Shown: in pieces, positions 13,011 to 27,582 of the stretch
Position numbering within the stretch: the first letter of the stretch is position 1
Layout of the letters: each line of letters opens with the position of its first letter
Origin: Saccostrea cucullata
Lineage: Eukaryota
Length of the DNA: 64,000 nt
Assembly (NCBI RefSeq): GCF_032062105.1
Contig: NW_026939868.1
Coordinates: 1 to 64,000 of the forward strand
Direction: 5' to 3'
Program-made: the position numbers and the translations under genes
Notes under the pieces: generated by a model
The model's input: the letters and a program-made list of their open reading frames with translations, nothing else
Databases searched by the model: none
Told to the model about the DNA's origin: nothing

Positions 13011-14837
13011 CTGAGCTACGTCATTGTTCGTTAATATATTGATATTCAATTAAGAGTCCAAATTATACATAATACGAAATTTGAATAATAATACTGTAAT
13101 ACAATTAATTTAATATTAATTCATTGCAATTACAGTTTATAAAACAAAAAAAAAAAGTTTCAGACAATAACACAATCAGAAGAAGCACGCCAGGATGTTG
13201 GGAAAATACCTCACAGTTCAGGAAACAACAGGTTGACAGCTTTGAGGTCGGCCAGTCCCTTCCTCAGGCGCATATTCTCGGCCTCCAGCTTCCGTCGTTT
13301 CTCCCTTTCCACAAGAAGTTCTGAAGAAGTTGTCTTTAAATGGGAAGTTTCTACTTGGCGGTCTTCCTCTTGAAGTTGATGGCATCAGGCTACGCATGCG
13401 CGAGAATGCTCGAGATTTCGCACCTTAGGTAACTTGCCCGTAGAATGGTTCGCCCTATTCGAATTAAAATATGCCATTCATTGGCAAATCGCGCTTTTTA
13501 ATCTGCATATCGCATTTAAATATTCATTGGCAGATCCAATTTTCTCTCTGTTACATATACTTTTATTCTAAACTAAACATTGATTCTATGGTACAAGCAT
13601 TTTAAGAGGTTACAGTATATACATGAAGATACATGTAACTTAACAACTTGAATGAAAAAGTCACTCAACGAACAGAGATAGTTTTTTAAAGATAAAGCAA
13701 CTTTTCACTGGCATTAGTTTTGTGCATCAAGGCTCGCAAAATAATTTAATATTTCGGCAATCTAAATATCGTTTGACAAAGGTCTGTAGCAACGGCTTTT
13801 AAGGGGGGGGGGGTCCGACAAAAAAAATTTGCGTACTACAGAACTGTGCTACTCGTGAATCATCACATCTCTATTTTTCGCATGATAAATTTCTTCCGAA
13901 TAAATCCAGAACAGGTGTCAAGTCCAATTTCATTTTCCTGATTCGCAACATAGTTACATTTGAAAGTATTTTATGCTTTTCAAAGTTGGGAACATAAAGC
14001 TTACACCCTGCTTCTCATTTTCATTTCCTCTGTGTGTATTTTTCTTTTTCCCCTAAGTGTTCAAGTGGAATCGCTTATCCAATTGAGATGACATCTTTCA
14101 TTTTAAGGGTTATTACTGGTATACATGTTGTGCAGAAGGAAGATATGTTGTGCTTACTTACATGCATGTAATGTGAAAAACCATATCTTAGATTTCTCAG
14201 TAAAATATTTAAAAATATATTTGAAATTATTTTTTTGTAATGTATAGCACATACAGGAAGATTTCTGGTGTACTTATTCAGAAAAGAGAAAAGACAAAAT
14301 AACGAACAATGAGTGATGATGAAAGAAAGTTTCCCAAACAATTGTAGAGGACAGGTAATTTATTACTTTTGTGTTCGGATTTCGGATGTTTACTTGTGAA
14401 TGTTACTAAAATTTATGTGAAATGAGTTTCATTACCAATATTTAAGGAACTGATCAACTTTGTAGAGACAAAGCCCATGACAACCGAGTTTATTTTGAAA
14501 GTTTGCCCCTCAGAGGTGTCGAGAGACGACCGTCTTTAGGATTTTGGGGGGCCCAACTTACAAATTGAAATTGAAGAAATGAAGTTAGCCTATTAACCTT
14601 TCGACATTTTAGGAATCAAACTTATGATACAATAAAAAAATCTGCATTCAGATACAGCGCGTGAAGGATTAAACATGGACTCATTTTGTCCTTTTTCCGA
14701 GATTTTTTTCTGGTATGTTATATTTAATTCATTTACACATAATAAGTTTAGATGAAGAGTAAAATTATGCTTTATATATTTTGTTTACTTAAACTGTGCC
14801 AGATAAAGAAGGAATTAATTGTTTTATGTTGTTACAG

Positions 14838-16230
14838 GGAGGAATATGAAGTCCCCTTTGACATAGAAAGTGCATTGACCGAAAATGCAGCCCCAATGTC
14901 CCTAATGCAGGTCCCAGAACAGCAAGAGTGGATGAAGTTGTCACTAAAATTGCCCAAGAGACAATAAGGTTAGAAAATTTTGTTAAAACGTGTAACATAA
15001 GTATAAGCAGCTGGTAAACCGATTACATTGAAAAATTATCTACCTTGTGAAATAATCGCGTGCTCCGGATTGTCTTAAACAAACAAATCATGAAATCAAA
15101 TATTTAATATGAAATGACACTGCATGTCTACCCACCTATTGTTTTTTATTACATTTAGTAAAAAATTGTTCAAATCTTATCTAAAGAAAAAAAATATGTA
15201 TTTTAATATATTTTCATAAGGCTCGAGACAGAGGAACCAGTAGCTCTCTGGGCACATTTTGTAGAAAATGTACTGCAAGGGAGGCCCCTTGATGTCTTGG
15301 ACGTTACGGAAGAGGCTGTTTGATAGACAACAAGTTTACTGAGTATTTGTTAGCGACGGATCCTCTTTCGGGATGCGTTGCGTCGGAAGAAATACAACAT
15401 GCCACCAAACTGCGTCTCCCCTTGGAAATTAATTTCTATGGGGAGAACGCGGAAGATCTCGGGGGCCGAGGAAGGAGTTCTTTCGAATTCTGTTAAAGGA
15501 GATGGCGAACTACATCTTAGCCGAAACTAGAGGAATTTCGTGATGATTGATGAAGCGCTGGCCCGGCAGCATTTCTTTTATGCCGGTCTCTTTAAAGGTA
15601 AATTTCCTTTCTTACTGGATTCCAAACAAATGCTTTTTTAATGATGCCCGTTTGTAAATAATCCTCTGTCAATGTTTGTAAGACTGTGTGCTATCAAGGG
15701 AGGTCCGTTCTTCAGTCAGCTGATGTCGGTATTGGGCCTTCCTGACTCTGAAGAGAGGACACAGTTTGTAAAAGACCTCCAAAGAGTAGGAGTCCATCAG
15801 GTAATTTTAAATAATATATTATTAATTCCTCTAAATATACATCTAAAGTACATTTCCATTCAGATACACATTTACATACATTGCAGAGAAATTAAATATT
15901 TTTGTGAATTTTAGGAGTAAATATTTCACTCTTCAAATTTATCTTCTAATTCATACCACTACTTTTTAAATATATTTTACGAACGTTCATTAAAATAAAT
16001 ACAGGTACAATACAACTCAAACTTAAAATTACCAATAATTATCTTTTCATTGTTATAGATGATAAAAGATAAGAGAACAGTAAAATACCTGTTCATGCAG
16101 TCCTCTTCGGACACAATGACTGTGAACAAAATGCTACACCTACATTAATTCAGTGAGGAGGGATCAAGTAGGACGGTGAGGGAGGAGGCGGCCTTCAAAT
16201 CTTTCATTCGATATTTGCGCGAAGTCTATG
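14838..16230 (+). pseudogene. Multi-exon HECT-domain E3 ligase (G2E3-like) pseudogene
   Basis: Exon-like blocks with GT donors translate to LQGRPLDV, LEINFYGENAEDLGG(P)RKEFF, GGP..FVKDLQRVGVHQ and FSEEGSSR..EEAAFKSFIRYLREV; frameshifts present. Confidence 0.7.
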
Positions 16231-17499
16231 GTGAGTTTAAAATTTATTAGTTATTTTTTAGGCTGTGTGTACAAAAAAATCGACGCTATTATGTAATAAA
16301 ATAAGAAGAATCGGATTTACCAGATAATTGATAGCAATGAACTTTCAGCGAAGTTTGGGCGCATACTGCTATAACAGGAAATACAGCGAGATAAAAATAA
16401 AACACCCAAAACAATACACATGTATAAATAATGTCGAAAAGCATGTATAGCAGAACAACGTCAATATGTTTGACATATCAATTGTGTTTAGATTTTAGAT
16501 TTTCAGTATTTTGGAAGAGGTTGGCTTATTCTCTATCGAGAGAAGTTGATGCCTCGTTTTAATACTTAAAATAAAATTTACTTGGCAGATGAAAAGAAAA
16601 TTCGATGCTTCATAATATATGTAAAATTGTTTATTATTATTTAAAGCCTGTTTACACGGTATGATTTGTAACATGTAACTCGCCACATCATACAAATCAT
16701 ACAGCAAATGGGAAAATCTTAAGCCAGGTATGAATTTGGATGAAATCAATACATGCTCCATTCTGTCTGGCAAGTCACATGGTTTCAACCAATCATAAGC
16801 AAGGTCAGGAAGTTTGATCTAAATAAGATAAATAGCCTTAACCAGCAAATTAATCGGTTCTACTCTTACATGCTTCACATTAATGAAAATAAATCAGTTT
16901 TTTCCACTTTCTTTACATTTCATTTTCCTCTCTAATTTTCTAGAGTCTTTCTTTTGTTTAAAAAAAGAATATAGATTAAAAGTTAAAACAAAAAATTACA
17001 TTTAACAGATAATAAATAGATTATAGCTATTTAGCTTGAAAAAAATACTCAATGTAAAATGCTCAATGTAAGAGGTGAAAGATCAAATTGCACCTGGAAA
17101 AATTAACAGTGTAAGTAGTATAAGCGGTCTGGATGGGCGGGTCAAATAAGTGCACTTTTCTTTTCACTAAAACTGGTAAGTCCATAAGAATGATCGAGAG
17201 GGATCTAGAATGTGTGCCGTTGCAGAGGCAGTGCATGGAGCTCATATGCATTATAACCTCATAAACGTGGTAGTATTTGAAAAAAAAACACACTATGTCT
17301 GTAAAACAGTTCTGCGGTACAACAATCATTTAATGTTGACAATCAGATGACTGATGTAAACATCGATTGTCCTACTTTTAGCATCCTGTGCATTATGACG
17401 TCATAAACGTGTCAGCGATTCAAGTCACAAACTGTTTTTCTATGTTTATATTACACACACGTATACAGTGCTGACAATCAGCTGTATTATTTGTTTTTT

Positions 17500-17860
17500 A
17501 AATTAATTTTTTTTCAAATTTCACTTAAATTAAAGGTCACACTGACCTTGAAATTGGTCGCGACACCCCTTCTACTTAAAATGCATAAACTGGCCAAGTT
17601 TGAGGATTGTATGTCTTATAGTTTTATAGTTATGGGCCGGAAAAGATTTTTACCTATTTGGTATAACTTCTTAATAAAAGGTTACAACGACCTAATTTTG
17701 GTGCGCGAAACACCTTCTACTCAAGATGCATTAGATGACAGTTCGATAACCCTAGGCCTAATAGTATTAAAGTTATGAGCCGGAAACGAAAAACCTAACG
17801 GACGGACGGACACAAAGCCTATAACATAATACGTCCCGTCTTAAGACGGGCGTATAAAAA
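17500..17860 (-). mobile_element. HINE element
   Basis: (GGAC)n microsatellite plus terminal hairpin atacgtcccgtcttaagacgggcgtat and an A-run; internal tgacctt-containing satellite units. Confidence 0.65.
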
Positions 17861-18982
17861 GATACGGACCTAACACGTTTGCACAGACAGACAAACGGAC
17901 AAGCTGATTCCTATTTACCCCCCCCCCCCCATCCACACACTTCCTTTGCAGAGATATAAAAACTGTGTACTTCTTCGAGCTCAGTATATTCATTGGACAA
18001 ATATGCTAAAGAATGCAGAATCCTACACACAACAGAGACTCAAAATACAGAAATCCGCTGAAGTTGACTTAATCAAAACATTTATTTATTATTTAAGCAG
18101 AACTTATTATGATTATATCTGCGTTCCATATATTTGCACAGAATATTTTTAGTTTTAGGTCTGCAAAAGGGCCGTGGATTTATTTAACAAATTAAAGAAG
18201 TATTTCCAAAATGTAAAGAAAAAGAAACTTCAACTTTATTCTAAAGTATGAGAAAATTGTCGGATGAAATGAGAGTGGGAAAAGAGGAAAAGCTTGAGGA
18301 AGAAAATGATGACGGGAGCAGAAAAAAGCCAAAGAAAACACAGAAAAGTAAATCACCTCTAAAGGCTCCACAGCAAAACCAAGTACCAACAGAGCAACAA
18401 AATTTAACGATCTAAAACTGAAAGAATTGGAAGCTTTTGTAGGGATAGCAGTCAAAAAAAGAAAGGAGGAATCCGCTGCTGCATTTTCAGATGTCGAAGA
18501 TGCATTATGCTGTAGTCCTCCTTAAAAACACTGGAACTTTTCAATTACTATGAGTATTACTGTAATTTACAGAGAGATCATATCAAGAAGGTTCTCTAAA
18601 CTGTTTACCTTAGTATAGATGATTTCATTTCCACATGCTCTGACAAACTGACCAGTCAAGGGACATAACATATAACTGTCAGGTCCATAAAATTAAAATT
18701 AAAATACATTACATATAAAGGAATATAGACTTCTATTTTAATTATTTTTCAAGTATGACGGGATGAATGTATCAATTTTCAATTGAACATATTAAAGCGG
18801 CAATACGGCTGCAAATCGTGTGCTTTTTCATTTAAATTTACCCAATATACCATTCAGGAATAAGGTAAAGAGTAGAAGTAGGATTCTATTGATCACATTT
18901 GTATTGCAAGTCATTAAATTAAAGAAAACAAGTTAAACATAACTATGTTAAAAACTTAAAAGGTTACATACATGTTTTATTC

Positions 18983-19430
18983 CTAAACAAAATGAAAGGG
19001 AAAATCCCTTATCATGGCACCTATCTGGAGGAGAGCATCAGTAACATTTTCTTTAACTTGTAACCCTCTGTATTGTATTCCTCTTATGAATCCCTCTTTG
19101 TCAAGGTTTGCACTCTTTCTCTCTGTTTCTCTTTTGTCTAATGCTTTTACTGAGAGAATTTTCTTGCTGTCATTCTCCATGAATGTATAAGTGCAGTGTA
19201 GTCTCCTATAAAGTATTAGAACATTAGATTTCATGCCAAACACCTTCTCTGAAATAAATGATCAAAATGCAATAATGCATTTTAACAAATTGAAATTCAT
19301 GCCATTACCAAGAAGTGTAAGATCTTTGTCTTCCATCTCTGTAACCAATTCTGCCTGTGTTTCCTCCCACAGTTCATCCAAAGCAGGTACCAAGTATCTC
19401 CTCTACAGCCTAGTGAAGGAGGACTGACTT
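18983..19430 (-). pseudogene. Kolobok/Mutator-like DDE transposase fragment
   Basis: CTYTFMENDSKKIL..DKRETERKSANLDKEGF..VTDA motif block and upstream exon YLVPALDELWEE..DLTLLG; contains stops and deletions. Confidence 0.7.
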
Positions 19431-20130
19431 GGAAAAAAACTATCTACAGGAACTTTGCATATCGGTCAACTTTGTAAAAATTATTTCCAGGAAATAAAAT
19501 GGCGGAGATTTTGTATTAGGCCGGAATTAAAAATATCTTCGTTTCCCCTAACCCGACCCTAAATTCTCAAGTTGGGTCGGTAGGTAGGTAAACAATTTTA
19601 TTTTCTGATAGCAGCTTTGAAAATACATTCTAAAATTTAATGGAAAGGTACATTTATAAATAAGAAAAGTACAAAAAAATTGATTTGTGAACAAAATGCT
19701 AAGTACTGGTATCATGCATATGCCTTTTAAAAGCAAAATTAATGATTAATTAATTCACAACTGTAATTTAGTTGAACTTGTGAAATATCTCACGCCAGAG
19801 TACATTTATATAAATCGAATAAAAGGGACAAGATTCTCAAATACGCAAAGACTGGACATTCGAGTATATTTTTTCAAACCATCAATCAGCCTCCAGTGCT
19901 TACACACAATCAATGTACTTTTTTGAGGGCCGTGAGATTTGCAGTGATTCTGGAGCATTTTGCTTTGGAGTTAAGACGGAAGTGGCTAATTTTAAGTTGC
20001 AGGTTAAAATACCAATGAGGAACGTTGAAAACGGTCCTTCAAAATTAAGGGACCATAAGTGTCCAGTGTCGTAGAAGATGCTGGCTCAAAAAAGATCCCC
20101 CACTGCTTAATGGCAAAAAAGTGCGTAGTA

Positions 20131-20372
20131 TATGGGCAGCGGAAAGGGCAAAAATTACAATGATAAGAAAACAAACAATTCTTTTATTTCAATGACCGTA
20201 AAAACTTAACAAATGATATACAATGCATAATCAACAGACCTTTTCGCAGAACAAACAAATATACATTAAAGCAAAACCAACGAACAAGCACGTAACAAAC
20301 ATACATGAATGCAAAACCAACGACCATCTTTGCAGTACAAACGTACATAAAAACACGACAAACGAAAAAAAA
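20131..20372 (+). repeat. Dispersed repeat, inverted copy of 24735-24973
   Basis: tatgggcagcggaaagggcaaaaattac... is collinear with the reverse complement of 24735-24973. Confidence 0.8.
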
Positions 20373-20560
20373 TCAAAGTACCGAAAGTACTCATGGGAGT
20401 TGAACATTGTTATCTGAAAGATCTCACAGGAAGTATAGGAACATCTTCATGCATTCAGATTCAAGTCAGCTAGAACTGATTTGTTAGAAATACAAAACGA
20501 AACATTAAAAATGATTTCTATTGCATTTAAATAGCCAAGATCATGGGACTGGTCTTAAAT

Positions 20561-20703
20561 TAGCTGCAGAATTGTAGCTCTCCGAAAAAAAAAAATTGAC
20601 AGACCTGAGAACTACAGTGTCATCCATTGAAAAAACTGTATATTTATTGCGCACGAACAGTAAAGTTTAGTTCTGGATTAATTCTATTTAATTATTACCT
20701 CAA
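20561..20703 (+). mobile_element. One arm of the TAG-ended MITE family seen complete at 33486-34019
   Basis: tagctgcaga..tgtagctctccgaaaa...ttgaaaaaactgtatatttattgcgcac. Confidence 0.8.
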
Positions 20704-21189
20704 CAATTTGACCATACCAAACAAACAACCCCCCTCACCAAAAAAATTTTTTTTTCAAACTCAAAAATACTATTTTGTTGTTAGGTTTTAAACTTCTTTC
20801 AGTACCATTTATTACTAAAACTCAAAAACTACCCTTATATTTCTGAAACATTTGAATCAAAACGCCCCCTACTCTCTTTAGAATGTGTACAAGATATTTG
20901 GTCCCAAGAAACAAACAAACAAACACTCTTTATATTCGATGTTACCATCACCAGACACTAGATTGTCATTTTTCTTCCTCTGATTAAAACAAGTATTTGC
21001 TATTTTCTTTTGGGTATGAATGTTTCTTTTCGGACACAATAATTAGTTTTCATAGAACTCCATGCTTATCTATTTTATCAAATGTATCTATCTTTACAAC
21101 TTAATCATCAAGTTTTGTTATTCTATAATTTTAAATTTCATTTCAAGTAATATCTATATAGAAGTAAGTATGTCTGAATACTTTACATT

Positions 21190-21380
21190 TTGTTTGTTTT
21201 ACGTTCGATAATTTTTCAATCATATTGAAACACTACCACTTGCCGATGGAGCTAGCTACATGTAAGTCTACAAATTTTTACCTATACACGGCTCTCAAAA
21301 CCATTGAGTAGTGAGAGATCGTTTTGTGCAAGCACATACTGCGACATGGGATTTCGGTTTATATGGTCTCATCAAAAGAG
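21190..21380 (-). mobile_element. Decayed Meta-type SINE
   Basis: Reverse-complement match to the SINE body (tgagacc.tataaaccga...cccatgtcgcagt). Confidence 0.55.
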
Positions 21381-22235
21381 ATTATCTCCATATGCATCCT
21401 ACAGGATTCGAACCTGCGACGTAAGGATCAAATAACACCTTACGTTGAATCTCTAGAGCAAACTATTTTCTATTAATCTTAAGTGTTTTAGTTATATAAT
21501 AAAATCAAATGATACATTTTATAAGGTAATACTGAAATACAAGTACACACACATTTTTCAAGTTCAGATTTTGTGTTGTATACGTGACCAACTGAATGTT
21601 GATAAATTCATGACATTAAGGATGCAAAATTTATGTCATTTGAAATTGTGAGATCGAATATCAACAAACTTTAATGCTTTTATTTTTTCCCTTTACCAAC
21701 GTAAAAAAATGAGCTGCATGTATCTGGTCTGACAAATATTTTCCAGTCTAACAGATCATTTTACTTGTCAGAGCAAATAAATATTTTCCGCAGTGGTTTT
21801 TTTCTTGAAAAGGAAACGTTGTTCTGTCTCTTTATTGCTGAAAGAAATTGAAACAAGTTGGGTTAAACCTTAGCGTTCCTTTCCTTACATCTTTGTTTAA
21901 GTCTCTATATTTATAAAATCGCGTCATTGTCAAACCAGTTAGACCAGTTGTTGCTCCTTGGATGACCTAGCACTTTTTGTAATGGAGCGTAGTGGAGTCA
22001 GCCGAGGATTGCCGAATGATAAATGACGGAAAATTGGGAATTTTTTTCATACTGAAATCAAAATTTATGTGTCATTTCTCAAGAAAGATGACAAAAATAT
22101 GCTATTCAAATTAAGTTAAATAAAATTCTATTTCAGAAACACCATGCCGACCGCTATATAATTAATTGTAAAATTACTGCGCTTGAAACTGCGTGACAGC
22201 CTAGGGAGTCTGAACATAGTTCAACTCCCAAAAAC

Positions 22236-22620
22236 TTAACCAACGTGCACGCGGTATATCTAGTCTTCCCGACTCCCGGGTCCCGACGGTCTCGTTTTCT
22301 TCTAATTTTTTTTTCTTGCCGATTTCTTTTTTGTCGGCGCACAGAAAGTCTTCACACTTCTCAGGCAAATTTCTAGGTTTAAAAAAATCATTGATATATA
22401 AAAACTTCAACAAATTTGTGTATTTATTACTGAATCAGCAGTATCATCTGCCAAAAGCGGTAAATCTAGTACTCAGCTATAAATGCGAAAACCACTGAAA
22501 AAAGGACACAAATATTTTCGTAGAATCGCGATTAAAAACAACAAACTGAGGTACAGTTTATATTTTTTAATAAATGAAAACCCTCATTTACATGCTAGAT
22601 AATTTGTATGCACAGAAACT
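22236..22620 (+). repeat. Dispersed repeat with inverted homologs at 24520-24735 and 2995-3190
   Basis: aacgtgcacgcggta.atctagt.ttcccgactcccgg and tttattac.gaatcagcagtat.ac.tgccaaaagcggtaaa blocks shared. Confidence 0.7.
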
Positions 22621-23364
22621 CCCCCACAATTTTTTTTGTATAGAACTCTTTGCCACATTATGTTAGTGTTCCCAGGCCATACAACATGGACGTGGTTCTA
22701 CCTCGGATCCCCCTTATTTTTTTTTACTTTTTGGGGGGTTAATTCATCTTATAAATTTAAAATGAAAGAAAAGAATTTACAAAAAATGTAGAAAAATATC
22801 TCATTCTCCTGACGGCCGTTTCGTCAATTTTTGTTGTTCTTGTTACATAAGTTGGTTTTCCCCAATTCTTTAAATATTACAGGAATCTATTATGATAACT
22901 TTACATTACAGTCATAAGCGCTCTTGATTACAGTGGCATATCATATGACAGGAACGTAGCAACAATTTCCAATTTTAAGAGTAAGGTCAAGAAAGGGTTA
23001 TGTAGTACATGTATATGAGGAAAAAAATTTGCACTGAAAGAAGTTGAACCTAACACCCCCCCCCCCCCACACACACACACATCTGTGAAGTTAATTTATT
23101 TCGTCTTAAAGTTATTGAAACAAGATTACCACTTAGTATTAAGAATAAAATTAAAATTTGTGAGAGAGCAAGGATGTGTCAATCAAACCCGTCTAAATAT
23201 TTGAAGTTTTAATAAGATGAAATAAGATTTTTAATATATTTTTTGTGTAAAATGCTATTAAAATATATAAGTCGTAATATTATACAGAAAATATTAACTT
23301 CAAATCTGTGCCCATGCACATTTACTATCTACGACACTTACGTCTCTCTGCATCGATGTCTATT

Positions 23365-24185
23365 TTTAGGGCTCCGCAAGGATTTGCGGGTGCCCTATAG
23401 TAATCACTCTGTCTGTCCGTCTGTCTTTCTTTCTGTCCACAAATTTCCTGTTTTTTCCTAATAACTTTTTTCATGGTTGCCCAATTAAGATCAAATTTGG
23501 TATGGTAGTTCAGTAGGCAGAAAGACATATTTTGATGCTAAGTTTGTTTCTCTATGACCTTTGGTTTGGAGCTGGGGTGGTGGGGTATATTCCTTAACTT
23601 TATATAAGAATGCTTTAGCAAAGAGAGATAACTGCTGAAGATGTTTCCATTGTAAACTGAATGCTGCTATGAGTCCCTTGGGATTAATTAGCTTTCCTCC
23701 TGAAGAAAATCCAAAGCATTATCTTTATCTGTCACATTGAGATTAATTACCACCTCTGTCTGCAAATGAAGTTTGTTTTAAGGTTCAGTCAATTTGGAAT
23801 GCTATGAACACTCTGAAATGTGGATTTAGATATAAATGTTTATACTTTATTTTGGTTAAAATACCTACACAATGAGTTATGATTTCATTGAATTCTAAAA
23901 ACAAGAAATAGATTAAAGAAGACATATCTTTTATTTTTACTTTTTTCCCTTTATGTAAATTCAAGAATAATAATAATTTTTAAGGTAGTTGGACTAAGCC
24001 ATTCTAATATTAATACTGAAAAAGTTTTTATTATAACTTTAGAAGAAAATGCTGAGAGAGGTACAATTAATCCCTCAGGATTAATTATCTAGCCTGCTGA
24101 AGAAAATTTAGTAGGCCTATCTTTATCTGTCATTTTAAGATTAATGAAAAACTCTGTCTGCAACTGCTGCTTGTTTTGAAGTTAA
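23365..24185 (+). mobile_element. HINE-like element, inverted copy of 10880-11695
   Basis: T-run, terminal hairpin, GTCY microsatellite and internal repeated units. Confidence 0.8.
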
Positions 24186-26151
24186 GGTCAAGCCTTCATG
24201 AAACATGTATTTGCATTTATTGAAGACTGGCATTTTATATAACACAAACACAAACTTCATTATTGTTTATATATACATTCAATGTTAGGTTGTTCTTTAT
24301 TGCCAGTGCCTAATGTAAATATACAAGGATATTATTTACAGGTTTTTGGATATTCAGGAATTATGTTGAAAATTTTAAGAATACATTTGCTGTTGCTTAT
24401 TTCTTCGTATATTTTTTAATCATTCCATAAGCTGGATCCTTATAATTCCACCCCATGGCGGGGTCCTTCCTGACTGGTCAGTTTTCTAGTTGGTTTTCAT
24501 ATTTATAACGGGGTACTACATTTACCGCTTTTTGAAGGTGATACTGCTGATTCAGTAATAAATACGCAAATTTGTTTGTTTTTACATATTATTGAATTCA
24601 TTTAAAAAGAAAATGTGCCTGATAAGTTTGAAGAGTTTCTGTGCACCGACAAAAAAGAAATAAAAAAAAATCCGATACCGTCGGGAGCCGGGAGTCGGGA
24701 AAACTAGATTTACCGCGTGCACGTTAGTTAAGTTTTTTTCGTTTGTTGTGTTTTTATGTACGTTTGTACTGCAAAGATGATCGTTGCATGGTTTTGCATT
24801 CATATATGTTTGTTACGTACTTGTTCGTTTGTTATGCTTTAATGTATACTTGTTCTGCGAAAAGGTCTGTTGATTATGCATTGTTTATCATTTGTTAAGT
24901 TTTTATGATCATTGAAATTAAAATAATTGTTTGTTTTCTCATTATGGTAATTTTTGCCCTTTCCGCTGCCCATAGTAGTACGTCTGCATGTGGAGCAATG
25001 GGGAAATGTTCAAATGTCGTCCCAACAAATCTCGAAGGGCTTATAAGCAAAGAAACAACCAATCTTCAAGGACCTAATTAACGAAAAATACACCGGACGT
25101 CTAAGGAAGCTGAATTGAAATGATTTCAAAACTATCAGGAAATTTTCTTCGTGATGTATCTATATTTCTGGAATATATTGTTTTATGAAAGTGAACGTTG
25201 AGAGTGATATGTATTATATGTTATGATTTTGAATGTTTTTCAGATTTAATGCATTTCAATTCTGATTTTTCCAGGCATTATTTATGATAATAATTGAATG
25301 AGCCATGTTGCATTTAGCACGTGTCTGGGAAATTCATTTTTGTATATATTTTTGCACGTAAAAGCTGCATCGTTTTGCTTTTCAGGTGATGATAAGTTAC
25401 ATATATCATTACTTGTGCTGAGGACAGCCCAATTGTTTTGGCCGGGGAGTGTGTGACCAAGTAATTACATATTTTAATTCATATATTTATTTAGGCTAAT
25501 ACCGTACTCACTTTTGTTAACTTGTTTCTTATTCGATTATTGAATAAAGTTAGTATGATTCTAACATTTTGTAAAGGCTTTTGTCGAACACTCTTTGTAA
25601 TCTTATTCCTGACTGGCGTATTTTTGAAATCAACTCAATCCACTTGCGCAGTAGGTCTAGGTATAAATACTCACGTTCGATTGAAATTACTTGTCCCGCC
25701 AGCCAGTTTTCAAGCTCACAACTTCTCGAGGCCGTGCTGTCCGTAAAGGTATTTTCTTTTGAAATACTTTCCTGTTTCATAACTACTTGTTATTTTTTCA
25801 TAACTTATGTTATTTTTTATTCTATTTGAAGTTATAATCATGTATATTATTTTATAGGCATATGCCATTGCTGTTTATTGGTGTTTAATAAAGATTTTAA
25901 CGTGACCTGTTCTTATTACTGCTAGGTTCATTAGCAGCATAAAGGTTTGAAATATGCCTTCACGTGTACATGCTGGGATTTGAATCTTATCACTATTTCT
26001 ATCCAATCCTGTTGTGTAAAGAACAAATCTTAAAAAACTAACTAATCCTGTAAAAATCTAAAATCTATATGCATTGTGTACTTTTTGAGTATTGAAGGGT
26101 TTTTAACAAACTTGTGGGTTTTTTTACCCAAGGATGCAAAAGAATTATTTT

Positions 26152-26330
26152 CCATGTACAAGTATTTAGACTTCGTTGATTCAAGACTATCTCAAATAAA
26201 ACCACCTGAAACTATTTTGAGATTACCCAGGTCCATTTTAGAGCATTTCAAATTTTGGAAACCTTCAGAGTTGCTTTCATTGATGCTTTACTACTCATTA
26301 CCAGTGTTGCGTGATATTATGCATATTAAG
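26152..26330 (+). pseudogene. EnSpm/CACTA-type transposase fragment
   Basis: VDSRLSQIKPP..RLPRSI..FWKPSEL..MLYYSLPVL resembles the conserved RxPRS..WKAxE..LYY motif. Confidence 0.7.
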
Positions 26331-26458
26331 ATAACTGATTCAAAAATACATTTTTTTTTAGGGTAAAGTTTCTTGAATTTTTATCTTTGAAGGTTACTTT
26401 CCATAAATGAGTTTTTTTTTCTACTTCAAATTCATTTCATTCAAATAATCCCTTTTAT

Positions 26459-26724
26459 CCCGTGGGGATCCGGGTTATAATAGATCCTCAGTACCCCCTT
26501 GCTTTCGTAAAAGGCGACTAATTGGGGCGGTCCTTCGGGTGAGACCGTATAAACCGAGGCCGCGTGTTACAGCAGGTTTGGCACGATAAAGATCCCTCCC
26601 TGCTCAAAGGCCGTAAGTGCCGAGCATAGGCCTAAATTTGCAGCCCTTCACCGGCAATGGTGACGTCTCCATAGCAGTGAAATATTCTGGAGAGGGACGT
26701 TAAACAGTATACAATCAATCAATC
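26459..26724 (+). mobile_element. Meta-type SINE-like element with a non-tRNA head
   Basis: Head cccgtggggatccggg..tcgtaaaaggcgactaa, shared body and (CAAT)n tail. Confidence 0.85.
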
Positions 26725-27181
26725 ATCCCTTTCAAGAATTTCATTCATATGGAGACGCCACCACTTGCCGATGGAGAGTTGCAAAAAATTAACCGTTTAA
26801 ACGTCTATCCCCCCCATTATTTACATTCCTTGCTCTGTAATTAGGACTTTCTTTGATTAATATAGCAGGGGCATTTTGTTTACATCAATTTCTACACTTT
26901 AGGCCACTACGCAATTTTGCAAACCTTTTTTTTTAAAATGAGCGCATTGTTGTTTCAAGTGTAGTAAATACGGTCAATGTAAAGAGTTTTACCTGTCATT
27001 TACATTCATGAAAGAAACGGTTGTGCGCTCATTTGGGTTTTTTCTTCAGCTGCAAAATTAAGGGTACATGTCTCTGTAGTGGACACCTTGTATACATATT
27101 TCAACCTGTCTTTTACCTCATTAATAACAAAGCACTGATCACGTGGCTGAAATCTATTGTGACTAAGTCTTCGCACAATCT

Positions 27182-27545
27182 ATTGGAATTACCATGGGCA
27201 TCAATAACGTCCCGTTATTTGACCTATTTTTCTATTCATGGAAGCAGAATTTGTGCGAAATCTTTTGCGTGATAAAAAAAAACTTGCTGTGAACTTCAAC
27301 TCGATATTTAGATATATCGATGATGCATTGTCTGTTAACAATGGTGATTTCCATTCTAATGTCGAGACGATATATCCAAGTGAGAATGATATTAAAGATA
27401 CAACAGTCTTACACATCTGTTTCATATTTATGGATAATTTAATTAAAAAAGACGTTAATGGTAATTTAACAACCAAGCTATATGATTCACGTGATGACTG
27501 TAACTTTCCTATAGTCAACATCCCTTACTTATGCAGCAATATGTC
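27182..27545 (+). pseudogene. Penelope-like element reverse transcriptase fragment
   Basis: GITMG..DLF (frameshifted) then FRYIDD, IYPSE and TKLYDSRDDCNFPIVNIPYLCSN. Confidence 0.85.
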
Positions 27546-27582
27546 TTTCTTTAAACTGATTATCCTAAAAAAATAAATTCCA

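Noticed and set aside
18240-18670. piggyBac-like transposase fragment (ELEAFVGI)
   Set aside because: Single short motif with no supporting neighbouring motifs
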